Positions 17,379 through 24,781 of a stretch of DNA of 64,000 bases are shown one piece after another. Position 1 is the first letter of the stretch; every line of letters starts with the position of its first letter. The position numbers were made by a program, and so were the translations under genes. Origin of the DNA: Bryobacterales bacterium (GTDB lineage: Bacteria > Acidobacteriota > Terriglobia > Bryobacterales > UBA6623); assembly GCA_965226435.1 (NCBI GenBank), contig CBDDCY010000005.1:141966-205965 (forward strand), read 5' to 3'. The notes beneath the pieces were generated by a model. It made no database searches. It worked only from the letters and a program-made list of their open reading frames with translations, and was not told the DNA's origin.

Positions 17379-18572
17379 TCAATTCCCGAAGGCTAAACGC
17401 ATGGCTTGGCCGATTACTTCACGGCCTCGCTGTAAGACGGTTTGCCGCCACGACTCATCATTAGGAGAGAATTTCTCCTTCAGTTCCTCCTTCGCCGGAT
17501 GATCGAGCGTTCCATCGCCATAGTGGTGCAGGCGGTTCTCGTCGCGGAGAGCGCTCAGAGCCCGGACAACGTGGTACGTACCGAACTCCTGGCAAAGGAA
17601 ATAGACTTTCCGACCAGGCAAGACACGCGGATACATGGTGTCGTAGGCTCCTTTGATTCGGTAGCCCGGGCCGCGAACCGGGTCCAAGGGTGCAACGCGT
17701 TCCCCGAACGTTCTCTTCATCACTTGGTAGATTTCGGAACCTTCATCGCCGGCGTGAACGAACAAAGTGTCGTAAGCGAACGGCCCTAACCCTGTGTGCA
17801 CGTCAACAACGACCAGACGCTCGGCGGCCTCCAGGCGCTCCCGCACGAACGCTTGGACCTTTCGCGGTCCTTCTTCAAGCTTCGATCCACCAAAGAACAG
17901 ACCCTTCGGGTATTCGTATTGCCCGCCGGCGATCACCTGCTTGAGGGTTGACATGCCATGCCGGGCAATTAGCCACGCCGCGCGAACGTAGTACAGATCC
18001 CAACCAGGTGGGCTCGGAGGATTCAAGAAGGGGTCAAGCTCGGGGTAACCAGGGGGGGTGCCCTCGTATTTCTCGTCGGGTCCGAGAAAATTTCGGTTCA
18101 AGTCAACACCGTTTTCGTTGAATCTTCGGAGCCAGGCCATCCCAAACGGATTCAACACGTGGACCATCACAAGCGCCGAGTCCTCGGGCATGGAGGGAAT
18201 ACCCTCATCCAGCCGCTGCAACTGGATAGCAGACCCGGCGAAAGCCTCCACCCCGTGCAGTCCGGACGAGTGCACGAGTGCCCGCTTGGGCTTCTCAGCA
18301 CCAAACCAGGCAATGTCGATCGTTAAGTCTTCCCCATTCGGGCCCTTTGCATTGAGTTGTAGCGCGCTCAGCCGTCCGCCGGCCTTTTCCACCGCGTTCC
18401 GAAATCGGGTCCGCGCCGTCGCGTAGTTGGGAGAAAAATACTTGGCGGACATGGAATCCCGACGGTCTCCTTCCCCGCCGTCACACGAGGCGAACAAGAA
18501 TAAGACGAGCGCACTGATCAATAGCCCTCGCCCTGACTTCGAATGATAAGACTTCTTATTCTTGGCGGGCAT
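17379..18572 (-). CDS. M14-like metallopeptidase / DUF2817 lipoprotein
   Basis: Lipobox LVLFLFASC, then HSSGLHGVEAFAGSAIQ and NENGVDLNRNF motifs. ATG at 18572. Confidence 0.75.
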   Translation of the reverse strand: MPAKNKKSYHSKSGRGLLISALVLFLFASCDGGEGDRRDSMSAKYFSPNYATARTRFRNAVEKAGGRLSALQLNAKGPNGEDLTIDIAWFGAEKPKRALVHSSGLHGVEAFAGSAIQLQRLDEGIPSMPEDSALVMVHVLNPFGMAWLRRFNENGVDLNRNFLGPDEKYEGTPPGYPELDPFLNPPSPPGWDLYYVRAAWLIARHGMSTLKQVIAGGQYEYPKGLFFGGSKLEEGPRKVQAFVRERLEAAERLVVVDVHTGLGPFAYDTLFVHAGDEGSEIYQVMKRTFGERVAPLDPVRGPGYRIKGAYDTMYPRVLPGRKVYFLCQEFGTYHVVRALSALRDENRLHHYGDGTLDHPAKEELKEKFSPNDESWRQTVLQRGREVIGQAMRLAFGN

Positions 18573-18782
18573 CACGTCTAGCTCCTCGTGCTCAAACCGA
18601 TTCACTCTTGCGATTCGATGATACGGGAGGTTCGGACCAATAGCCACGGAGCATCGTGACAGTTTCTTGAGTGTCACACTTCCCTTGACTGCCCGCGGAT
18701 TACTGTCGAGCAATCCGGTTACCACCAACCACCGCGCCCCAGAAGCGCTCGGGTGGCGGCCCGCCTGGAGGAGAGCTTATCG

Positions 18783-19610
18783 CTACACGGGGCGGTCTCC
18801 GGCGGCTGTTGTGCGGTGCATTAGGCGAGGCATCGTGTCGTCGTAGTCGTACACGGCGTAGTGCATTGCGCAGCGGTTGTCCCACATCAGCAAATCGCCG
18901 GGGCGCCAGCCATGGCGGTAGAGATTCTGCTCGCGGGTTGCGTGCGCATTGAGCGACGCCAGCCACGATAGGCTTTTGGCCTGTTCGATTCCGATCAGGC
19001 GCGACGTGAAATAGGGGTTGACGTAAAGCGCGAGCCGTCCGGTTTCGGGATGGGTGCGAACGACGGGGTGCTCGACCGGCGGAGGAATGCTTTGAATTTG
19101 CCGCCCGTCCGTCCCCGGCGATTCTTCGTTCCGCCGCGCCAACCTGGCGGCATTGTGCTCGGCTCGCATGGTCCGTAACGACTGCTTACGCGGGTCGGGC
19201 AGACTTTCATAGGCCGCGTACATATTGGCGAATAGAGTGTCGCCCTTTCCCTCAAGCGCGACGACGGCGTGCAGCATCGAGAGTTGGGGCGGGTTCTCGC
19301 TGAAAGAGATGTCGGAGTGCCAGAAGTCATTTCTGGCGCTGGGCTTCCCCGGGCGGTTTTCCAGCACAAACACGGCGGGGTGATCCTCGTGGCCGCGCCG
19401 TGAGCGCAGGGGATGAGGCTCAACCGCGCCGAAGCGTTCGGTGAAAGCCACTTGCGCTTTCGGTGGAACGCTCTGGTTTCGGAACACCAAGACCAGGTGA
19501 TCGAGAAACGCTTGACGAATCTGCTGAAACGCTGCTTCGCTCACCGGACCGGATAAATCAACTTCACCGATTTCGGCGCCGAGGGCGGGACTGAGAGGCT
19601 GGATGGTCAT
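18783..19610 (-). CDS. TauD/TfdA-family Fe(II)/2-oxoglutarate dioxygenase
   Basis: WHSDISF (HxD facial triad), MWDNRCAMHYA and overall TauD length. Confidence 0.88.
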   Translation of the reverse strand: MTIQPLSPALGAEIGEVDLSGPVSEAAFQQIRQAFLDHLVLVFRNQSVPPKAQVAFTERFGAVEPHPLRSRRGHEDHPAVFVLENRPGKPSARNDFWHSDISFSENPPQLSMLHAVVALEGKGDTLFANMYAAYESLPDPRKQSLRTMRAEHNAARLARRNEESPGTDGRQIQSIPPPVEHPVVRTHPETGRLALYVNPYFTSRLIGIEQAKSLSWLASLNAHATREQNLYRHGWRPGDLLMWDNRCAMHYAVYDYDDTMPRLMHRTTAAGDRPV

Positions 19611-19855
19611 CCCAAAACAGTAGCGACAAGCATCCGCCGATTCTCCAGCCCGAGTTCGGTCGCGGGGCCGTCGTCTCCGTTGACTCTTGTACCACGAAAG
19701 CGCGGGCGGCGGCAGGAGTCTTTGGCGGGAAACGCGATGAGAATAGCGGGCCGGGAGAGAGGTCGGGGCAGGCGGATCGACGCGAGGACGTTTGAGCCGG
19801 CTGCGTTCGTTTCCGGTGCGCTAGGATAGGGACGCGCGACTTGAGGAGGTGTGTT

Positions 19856-20410
19856 GTGAGAGCCCTTTCGAACGTTGTTGTTCGTGTGTTGCTGTCGACC
19901 GCCGCGGGCGGCTTCTTGTTCGCGGCCGAAGATCAGCCGATGGTAGGCGAGGCGGCGCCGGCTTTCGAGTTGCCTTCACTCGCCGGAGAGCGGGTCGGTC
20001 TCGCGGACTATCGCGGGAAGACACTCGTGGTTCACTTTGGCGCCGGGTGGTGACCGTTTTGTAATTCGGAGGCTCCGCATCTCGAAAAGCTCTCGAACGA
20101 CTACAAGGACCGCGGCGTTGGAGTTCTTGTGATCGATGTTTTGGAAACCGAGGCCGGCGCGCGCAAGTACGCGGAGCGCTCGAAATTTACGTTCCCGGTG
20201 TTGCACGATGCCGATGGGGCGGTCTCGGCAAGCTACGCGCCGGCCGGAGTGCTCCCGGACCTGCCGCGCGATCAGGTGCCGATCGCGTCTAACCTCATCA
20301 TCGACTCCGAGGGTCGAATCGTTTTCTACAGCTTGCTCGGTTCCGTCAATTTTGACGCTAAGCTTGTGGCCCTGAAGGCAGCGCTTGAAGAGCTTCTTTC
20401 GAAACCTTGA
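19856..20410 (+). CDS. TlpA/ResA-like thioredoxin-fold thiol:disulfide oxidoreductase with an in-frame TGA (candidate selenocysteine, UPFC redox motif)
   Basis: Track ORFs 19841..20053 and 20129..20410 share one frame and are separated only by the TGA at 20051-20053. The joined translation ...GKTLVVHFGAGW[TGA]PFCNSEAPHLEKLSNDYKDRGVGVLVIDV...FPVLHD...NLIIDSEGRIV matches the ResA/TlpA layout. The GTG at 19856 lies 6 nt after GAGGAGG. Confidence 0.65.
20056..20090 (+). promoter_or_regulatory. candidate bacterial SECIS-like stem-loop downstream of the in-frame TGA
   Basis: Hand fold: upper stem 20067-20070/20074-20077 (CGGA/UCCG) with a GGC apex, extendable by A64-U80 and U65-A79. Lower stem 20056-20060/20086-20090 (GUUUU/AAAGC, one G-U). 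Confidence 0.3.
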
Positions 20411-20515
20411 GGGAGTTTCCCGCCGTCCTTTCACCGTCTATCGCCGTCTATCGCCGAAAACCCTTTTCGGCGGAGTCCCATCGGGCTATGGTATTAGAAA
20501 GCAAGGGAGGTTCCG

Positions 20516-21520
20516 ATGAGCGATCGCTTTCTTGCTGCGTTGTTGACGATGATTGTGGCACTTTTGCTTGCGCCGCCGCCCGCGCTGGGCCAGGCCGAGG
20601 CGGACGGTTGGACTCCGCCGAGAACAGCGGATGGCACACCGGACATACAAGGCATATTCACCTTCCGAACCGTCACGCCGCTACAGCGTGCCAAAGAGAT
20701 GGCCGGGAAAGCGACGCTGAACGCCGAAGAAGCGGCGGCCTATGAAAAGTATCGCAATCGACGCCTCAATCGTGATTTGTTCGATCCCATCACGGGGGCT
20801 CCGTGGGCCGGTTACGCGCCGAAGGCGAAGGGCGGCGTTCTGTCGTACAACGATTTTTGGTACGAGCGGGGGGTTGAGCTTACCAAGGACAAGCGGACGT
20901 CGCTGATCGTGGATCCGCCCGACGGGAGAATCCCCTTTACCGAAGAGGCGAAAATGCAGCGCGCCAAGCGTCGCGCCATATCGAATTCGGGTTGGGCCGA
21001 ATCGCATGAGGACCGCAGCTTGTTTGACCGTTGCATCATGGGTTTCAACTCCGGACCGCCGATGGTTTCCTCGGCTTACAACAACAACGTTCAAATCCTG
21101 CAGGTTCCCGGATACGTGGTGATCTACAACGAGATGGTGCATAACACGCGCATCATCCCCACCGACGGTCGCCCGCATGGGGAACTGCGCCAATGGGCGG
21201 GCGACTCGCGCGGCCGTTGGGAGGGCGATACGCTGGTCGTGGATACGATCAACTTCCTGCGCGAGACGAGCCTTCCGGGTTCGAGCGCGACTACTCACTT
21301 GGTCGAACGCTTTACGCGCGTTGACGCCGACACGGTCATGTACGAGTTCACGGTCGAGGACTCGAATTCGTACACGCGCCCCTGGACCGCGGTGATGCCT
21401 CTGCGAAGGACGGACGGGCCGCTTTATGAGTACGCCTGCCACGAGGGGAACTACGGGCTTTACAATATTCTCGCCGGGGCGCGGGCTAAGGAGAAGGCGG
21501 CGGCGGGGGGAGATCGGTGA
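20516..21520 (+). CDS. secreted hypothetical protein
   Basis: Signal peptide MSDRFLAALLTMIVALLLAPPPALGQA, with GGGAGG upstream. The last ~16 codons lie in a sequence block repeated 113 bp downstream. Confidence 0.7.
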   Translation: MSDRFLAALLTMIVALLLAPPPALGQAEADGWTPPRTADGTPDIQGIFTFRTVTPLQRAKEMAGKATLNAEEAAAYEKYRNRRLNRDLFDPITGAPWAGYAPKAKGGVLSYNDFWYERGVELTKDKRTSLIVDPPDGRIPFTEEAKMQRAKRRAISNSGWAESHEDRSLFDRCIMGFNSGPPMVSSAYNNNVQILQVPGYVVIYNEMVHNTRIIPTDGRPHGELRQWAGDSRGRWEGDTLVVDTINFLRETSLPGSSATTHLVERFTRVDADTVMYEFTVEDSNSYTRPWTAVMPLRRTDGPLYEYACHEGNYGLYNILAGARAKEKAAAGGDR

Positions 21521-21532
21521 CGGCGGGGGGAG

Positions 21533-21646
21533 ATCGGTGACAGCCACGTAACCCCGCCACGTAACCCCAGCCACGTAACCCCACAGCCGGGGCGCGGGCT
21601 AAGGAGAAGGTGGCGGCGTGGGGGGAGCGATAGGGGCGGCCGGCTG
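21533..21646. repeat. left arm of a long inverted repeat (pairs with 22783-22900)
   Basis: Manual alignment to the reverse complement of 22783-22900 gives 5 mismatches and one 4-nt indel. The arm contains 3x GCCACGTAACCCC and a copy of the 3' end of the upstream gene. Confidence 0.85.
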
Positions 21647-21663
21647 CCCCTATCGCTCCCCCC
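21620..21663. repeat. perfect 18-bp-stem hairpin (GGGGGGAGCGATAGGGGC / GCCCCTATCGCTCCCCCC, 8-nt loop GGCCGGCT)
   Basis: Read directly from the sequence. No T-tract follows, so a terminator role is unproven. Confidence 0.8.
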
Positions 21664-21898
21664 CGATCTCCCCGGTCACCGATTTCCCTCCTGGTTTCCA
21701 ACCTCTCCCCCCCCGGTTTCTCCCCGCGCCCGCCCTTCGCCGAGCGTCACCCTGCCTTGAGAATAGCGGGCGTGTCAAGCGACCGCGCCTGGAGTGGTGC
21801 GTGACGTCAATCAGAAAGACCTGGTGGTGTGGGCGCGAGTCTCTCGGGGGTCTTCGGCTTCGCTGCTCGGTTGGGCCGCGGCTGAAGCCTGAAGGGGA

Positions 21899-21992
21899 AG
21901 GCCGCTGAAGCGGCCTAGTCGTCCGGGGGCGCCGTTACCCCGGTCCTGAAGGACCGGCCGATTTGAGCAACCCAAGCCCGGTGAACCGGGCT
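21899..21992 (+). ncRNA. candidate structured RNA: three 7-bp hairpins, each closed by the same UGAA tetraloop
   Basis: AGGCCGC-TGAA-GCGGCCT (21899-21916), CCGGTCC-TGAA-GGACCGG (21940-21957), AGCCCGG-TGAA-CCGGGCT (21975-21992). Stems differ while loops are identical. The strand is a guess. Confidence 0.3.
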
Positions 21993-22002
21993 CCACTGGG
22001 CG

Positions 22003-22440
22003 TTGATTTCAATAGCGTTAGGCTGTTCTTGGGTTCGTTTTGTATTTTTGGTTTTGGACGGCTGCCGGGGTCTGATCCGGGTCGAGTGATTGGCAACCGG
22101 ACTGTGCGGGCGTGTGAGGCCGCGGGTTCCTATCGGGGGCTGCGGTATATGATGCAGCGCATTGATTCCAATAGCTTTAGGTGTAGTTTGGGTTCGTTTC
22201 GTAAAATTCGATTCGGGCTCGGCGCCGCGGCGGGCTCCGATCTCCGTCGACGGTTGACAACCATGGTGAGGGTCGGCCGGTGCTTTGTCTCTCTGGCGCG
22301 GATTAGCCCCACCGACGGGGGCGAACGTTGAGCCGGAGTGATTCGGTGGCTCGCGACACGGGAACCGCCCGTTGAGGGTCTCTTAAGTAGTAGATAAGAC
22401 ATCACATAGAGTCGATTTGGGTTCGTTTCGCAAAATCGCT
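22003..22440 (+). repeat. three diverged tandem units sharing the core TTGGGTTCGTTTYG
   Basis: Cores at 22028-22042, 22187-22201 and 22416-22430. Units 1 and 2 are also preceded by TTGATTYCAATAGCKTTAGG (22003, 22162). No credible ORF is present. Confidence 0.7.
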
Positions 22441-22595
22441 TCCCGGGCGGGTCGCGGGGAAATTTTTTCGGGTGAGGTTTTCATGACGGCGGTTGCGGTA
22501 CCCGGGTCCGCGTGCTCAGGATAGCGTGGCGGTCAAGCCGGAGTGGGCCCGGGCGATTCCACTAATGCCTGCTGATCTCCATGGTGGGTGAGGAA

Positions 22596-22692
22596 TGCTA
22601 TTCGGTGGCGTTATTCGGTGGCTGTCACGGAACCGCAGTCGTCACGGAACCGCAGTCACGGAACCGCAGTCACGGAACCGCAACGGAACCAC
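22596..22692. repeat. tandem oligomer repeats (2x TATTCGGTGGC, then ~4.5x ACGGAACCGCAGTC)
   Basis: Read directly from the sequence. It belongs to the window-wide GTCAC-anchored tandem-repeat family. Confidence 0.8.
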
Positions 22693-22775
22693 ATTGACAT
22701 CCAACGGCACCGGTTCCCAGTGGGGCAGGTTTCCAGGCCTGCCCATTCCTCAACCCGCCCATTTGAAGTTTCAGG
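22692..22775 (-). repeat. dispersed ~85-bp repeat, copy 1 (inverted relative to copy 2 at 32422-32507)
   Basis: About 90 percent identical by eye to the reverse complement of 32422-32507. Contains the hairpin GGGCAGG...CCTGCCC. Confidence 0.85.
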
Positions 22776-22782
22776 CTGGGGA

Positions 22783-22900
22783 CAGCCGGCCGCCCCTATC
22801 GCTCCCCCCCCGCCGACTCCCTCTCCTTAGCCCGCGCCCCGGCTGTAGGGTTACGTGGCTGGGGTTACGTGGCGGCCGGGGTTACGTGGCTGTCACCGAT
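22783..22900. repeat. right arm of the long inverted repeat (pairs with 21533-21646)
   Basis: See the left arm. It is followed by 4x CGATTCCCGCC-type tandem oligomers up to ~22960. Confidence 0.85.
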
Positions 22901-23103
22901 TCCCGCCGCCGATTCCCGCCGACCGATTCCCGCCGATTCCCCCTGTCACCGGTTCCCCCCCTTGCACTTGTGCGCTTGAGCGGATATGTGAAAATGGGTT
23001 GCAGCCATCATGCGACTTGTTCTCGCGTGGCGGTCAGGTCCCGGCTGGTGCGTTCACATCGGCCAATATCCGAGATCAGGCCAAGGAATTGCAAGGGGGG
23101 GGC

Positions 23104-23805
23104 GTGAAACCCAAATTCATAGCCGGCTTTCAGGTCAGGGCCCAGTGCCCTGACTGCGACGGGGCTGTCACGACCTTTGAGAAGCTGCTCTTCGAAAGAC
23201 AGCACGAGGGCAGTACCGTTGTTGAAGTGAACCGCCGCACCGAGGTCGACGGAGTGTGGTACAAGGCCACGATCTACAGGTTGCTCAAATGCGCTGGCTG
23301 CGGTCGAGCTGGTCTCGCAAAATCCCATGTGGGCGTTCAAGATAACCGCGAATATCTGTTTGAATTCTTCCCCTATTCAATAGACCGTGCCAATCTACCT
23401 TCTGCCGTCCCCGACGAAATCAAGAAGGAGTTCCGAGAGGCCGAAAAATGTACCGGATTCGGGGCCCATCGCGCGGCGTCCGCTCTAATCAGATCCGTAT
23501 TGGAAAAGACCCTCAGGCTCAACGGTTACGCTCACGGCAAGCTCAACAGAAGTAACCTGCAACAGAAGATCGATGCGGCGGCAGACGATGGCGTCATCCA
23601 CGAGACGCGCAGAAAGCGGGCGCACGAGGAAATCCGCGCGCTCGGAAACGACGTCCTACACGACGAATGGCGCGAGGTCACCAGTGAAGAATTCGAGATG
23701 GCTCATCACTACGCTCAACGCATCCTCGAAGACTTCTACGACGACAGGGATACCGTCGAGGCGACACTGAAATCTCACAATCGGCTTCCTCTCCCCTCCA
23801 CCTAG
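23104..23805 (+). CDS. zinc-ribbon + DUF4145 (HEPN-superfamily-like) protein
   Basis: N-terminal CPDC...CAGC ribbon. The C-terminal half, EIKKEFREAEKCTGFGAHRAASALIRSVLEKTL...EIRALGNDVLHDEW, fits the DUF4145 pattern (R..GN...H). The start is uncertain; GTG 23104 was chosen, and the track ORF 22855 extends into repeats. Confidence 0.7.
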   Translation: MKPKFIAGFQVRAQCPDCDGAVTTFEKLLFERQHEGSTVVEVNRRTEVDGVWYKATIYRLLKCAGCGRAGLAKSHVGVQDNREYLFEFFPYSIDRANLPSAVPDEIKKEFREAEKCTGFGAHRAASALIRSVLEKTLRLNGYAHGKLNRSNLQQKIDAAADDGVIHETRRKRAHEEIRALGNDVLHDEWREVTSEEFEMAHHYAQRILEDFYDDRDTVEATLKSHNRLPLPST

Positions 23806-23843
23806 CCCAAAGGCGTCGGGGCCCGGAAACCTGACCGCAAGAG

Positions 23844-24518
23844 ATGAAAGACAAGTCCAACAGCGAAAGCGCCGGAGGCAGAGGCCCCCGGGTAGTATCC
23901 GCGAAGGCTAGTGCCATTGCCACGGCGACCGCGAGCGTTTCCGCCGCCGTAAAGGCCAACCTGTCCGGGCGTCATTTGTCGGCTGCTGACTACTTCGCTT
24001 CTCAATGCGAAGCTATCGAAATGGAAGAGGCGACGCTGGATTGGGAGCAACCACGCTTGTACGAATCGAGGTACTATTCCATTGGCGCTGTCGTGCTAGC
24101 CGTCGCGGCCCTGGAAACCTCCGTAAACGAGCTCTACCTTGAAGCAGTTGATCGAACAAAGAGCTCCCTCGACCCGCTGTCTGAGCAACAGATGTCGCTG
24201 CTCGAAGAGCTCTGGAAGGGAATCGACAGAACATTTACGATTCTCGAAAAGCATCAGGTTGCGCTGACGGCTTGCGGCAAACCTCCGATGGACAGGGGAG
24301 CGGAACCAGCCCAGTCCGCCGCCGATCTGATCGTCCTGAGAAACGCTCTCATCCATTTCAAACCGGAATGGGACACCGAGCTGGACAAGCACCAGAATCT
24401 AGAAGACCGCCTTCGTCAGAAGTTCCCTCCGAGCGCTCTCGCCGCTCGGGGTCTCGGGACAGATGGCATGGTTTCCGAATCGATGCCTCGGGGCGGGGTG
24501 CGCGCGCTGGGCTTGTGA
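23844..24518 (+). CDS. hypothetical protein with a HEPN-like Rx4H motif (LRNALIH); the 3' end may be frameshifted
   Basis: 224-aa ORF 38 nt after the DUF4145 gene. Helical segment SIGAVVLAVAALETSVNELYLEAV plus RNALIH. The +1 frame stays open from 24403 to 24582. Confidence 0.55.
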   Translation: MKDKSNSESAGGRGPRVVSAKASAIATATASVSAAVKANLSGRHLSAADYFASQCEAIEMEEATLDWEQPRLYESRYYSIGAVVLAVAALETSVNELYLEAVDRTKSSLDPLSEQQMSLLEELWKGIDRTFTILEKHQVALTACGKPPMDRGAEPAQSAADLIVLRNALIHFKPEWDTELDKHQNLEDRLRQKFPPSALAARGLGTDGMVSESMPRGGVRALGL

Positions 24519-24781
24519 GGCAACCCGCAAGTTCTCTGCCGAGTTCTGTAATCGCCTCGGCATCAAGGCCAGGCTGCCGTGAGGCCGCCCTAGCGCCCCC
24601 GATCCCCCGCCCCCCGCCGGCGAACGCCGTGGAACGCGGCGGAACGCCGGGAACAGCAAAAACCGTAAGCGCCCGCCCCTGTGGACGCGTTGGGACGCAT
24701 CGGGACGCAGGGAACGGCGAGTGTGAGACCGCTGGCGGGTCACTTTTTCGGGCATGAGATCATGAAGGAAGAGGCTTACCT

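Noticed and set aside
21940-22000. Similarity of CCGGGCTCCACTGGG and GGTCCTGAAGGACC to RNase P RNA (GTCCGGGCTCCATAGGG) and SRP RNA (GGTCCGGAAGGAAGC).
   Set aside because: Only short fragments match. The flanking universally conserved elements (GAGGAAAGTCC, ACAGAACCCGGCTTA, the SRP AGCA symmetric loop) are absent.
21618-22331. Plus-strand ORFs 21618..21908 and 21963..22331 inside the repeat locus.
   Set aside because: Their apparent internal protein repeats (VDFNSVRLFLGSF / IDSNSFRCSLGSF) only mirror the DNA tandem units. Composition and lack of start context argue against coding.
22028-22430. The TTGGGTTCGTTTCGCA core as a sigma-54 promoter (-24 GG / -12 GC).
   Set aside because: GG-to-GC spacing is one nucleotide short of the consensus. 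Two of the three copies lack the GC element.
21501-22960. The tandem short repeats as a CRISPR array.
   Set aside because: Units are 10-20 nt and directly contiguous, without spacers. Unit sequences change every few copies. No cas genes are in the window.
22596-23104. Tandem repeats upstream of the DUF4145/HEPN-like gene as a type III (ToxI-like) RNA antitoxin.
   Set aside because: The same kind of tandem oligomers occurs in many unrelated intergenic regions of the window. The downstream protein is not ToxN/AbiQ-like. Nothing in the sequence specifically supports the idea.
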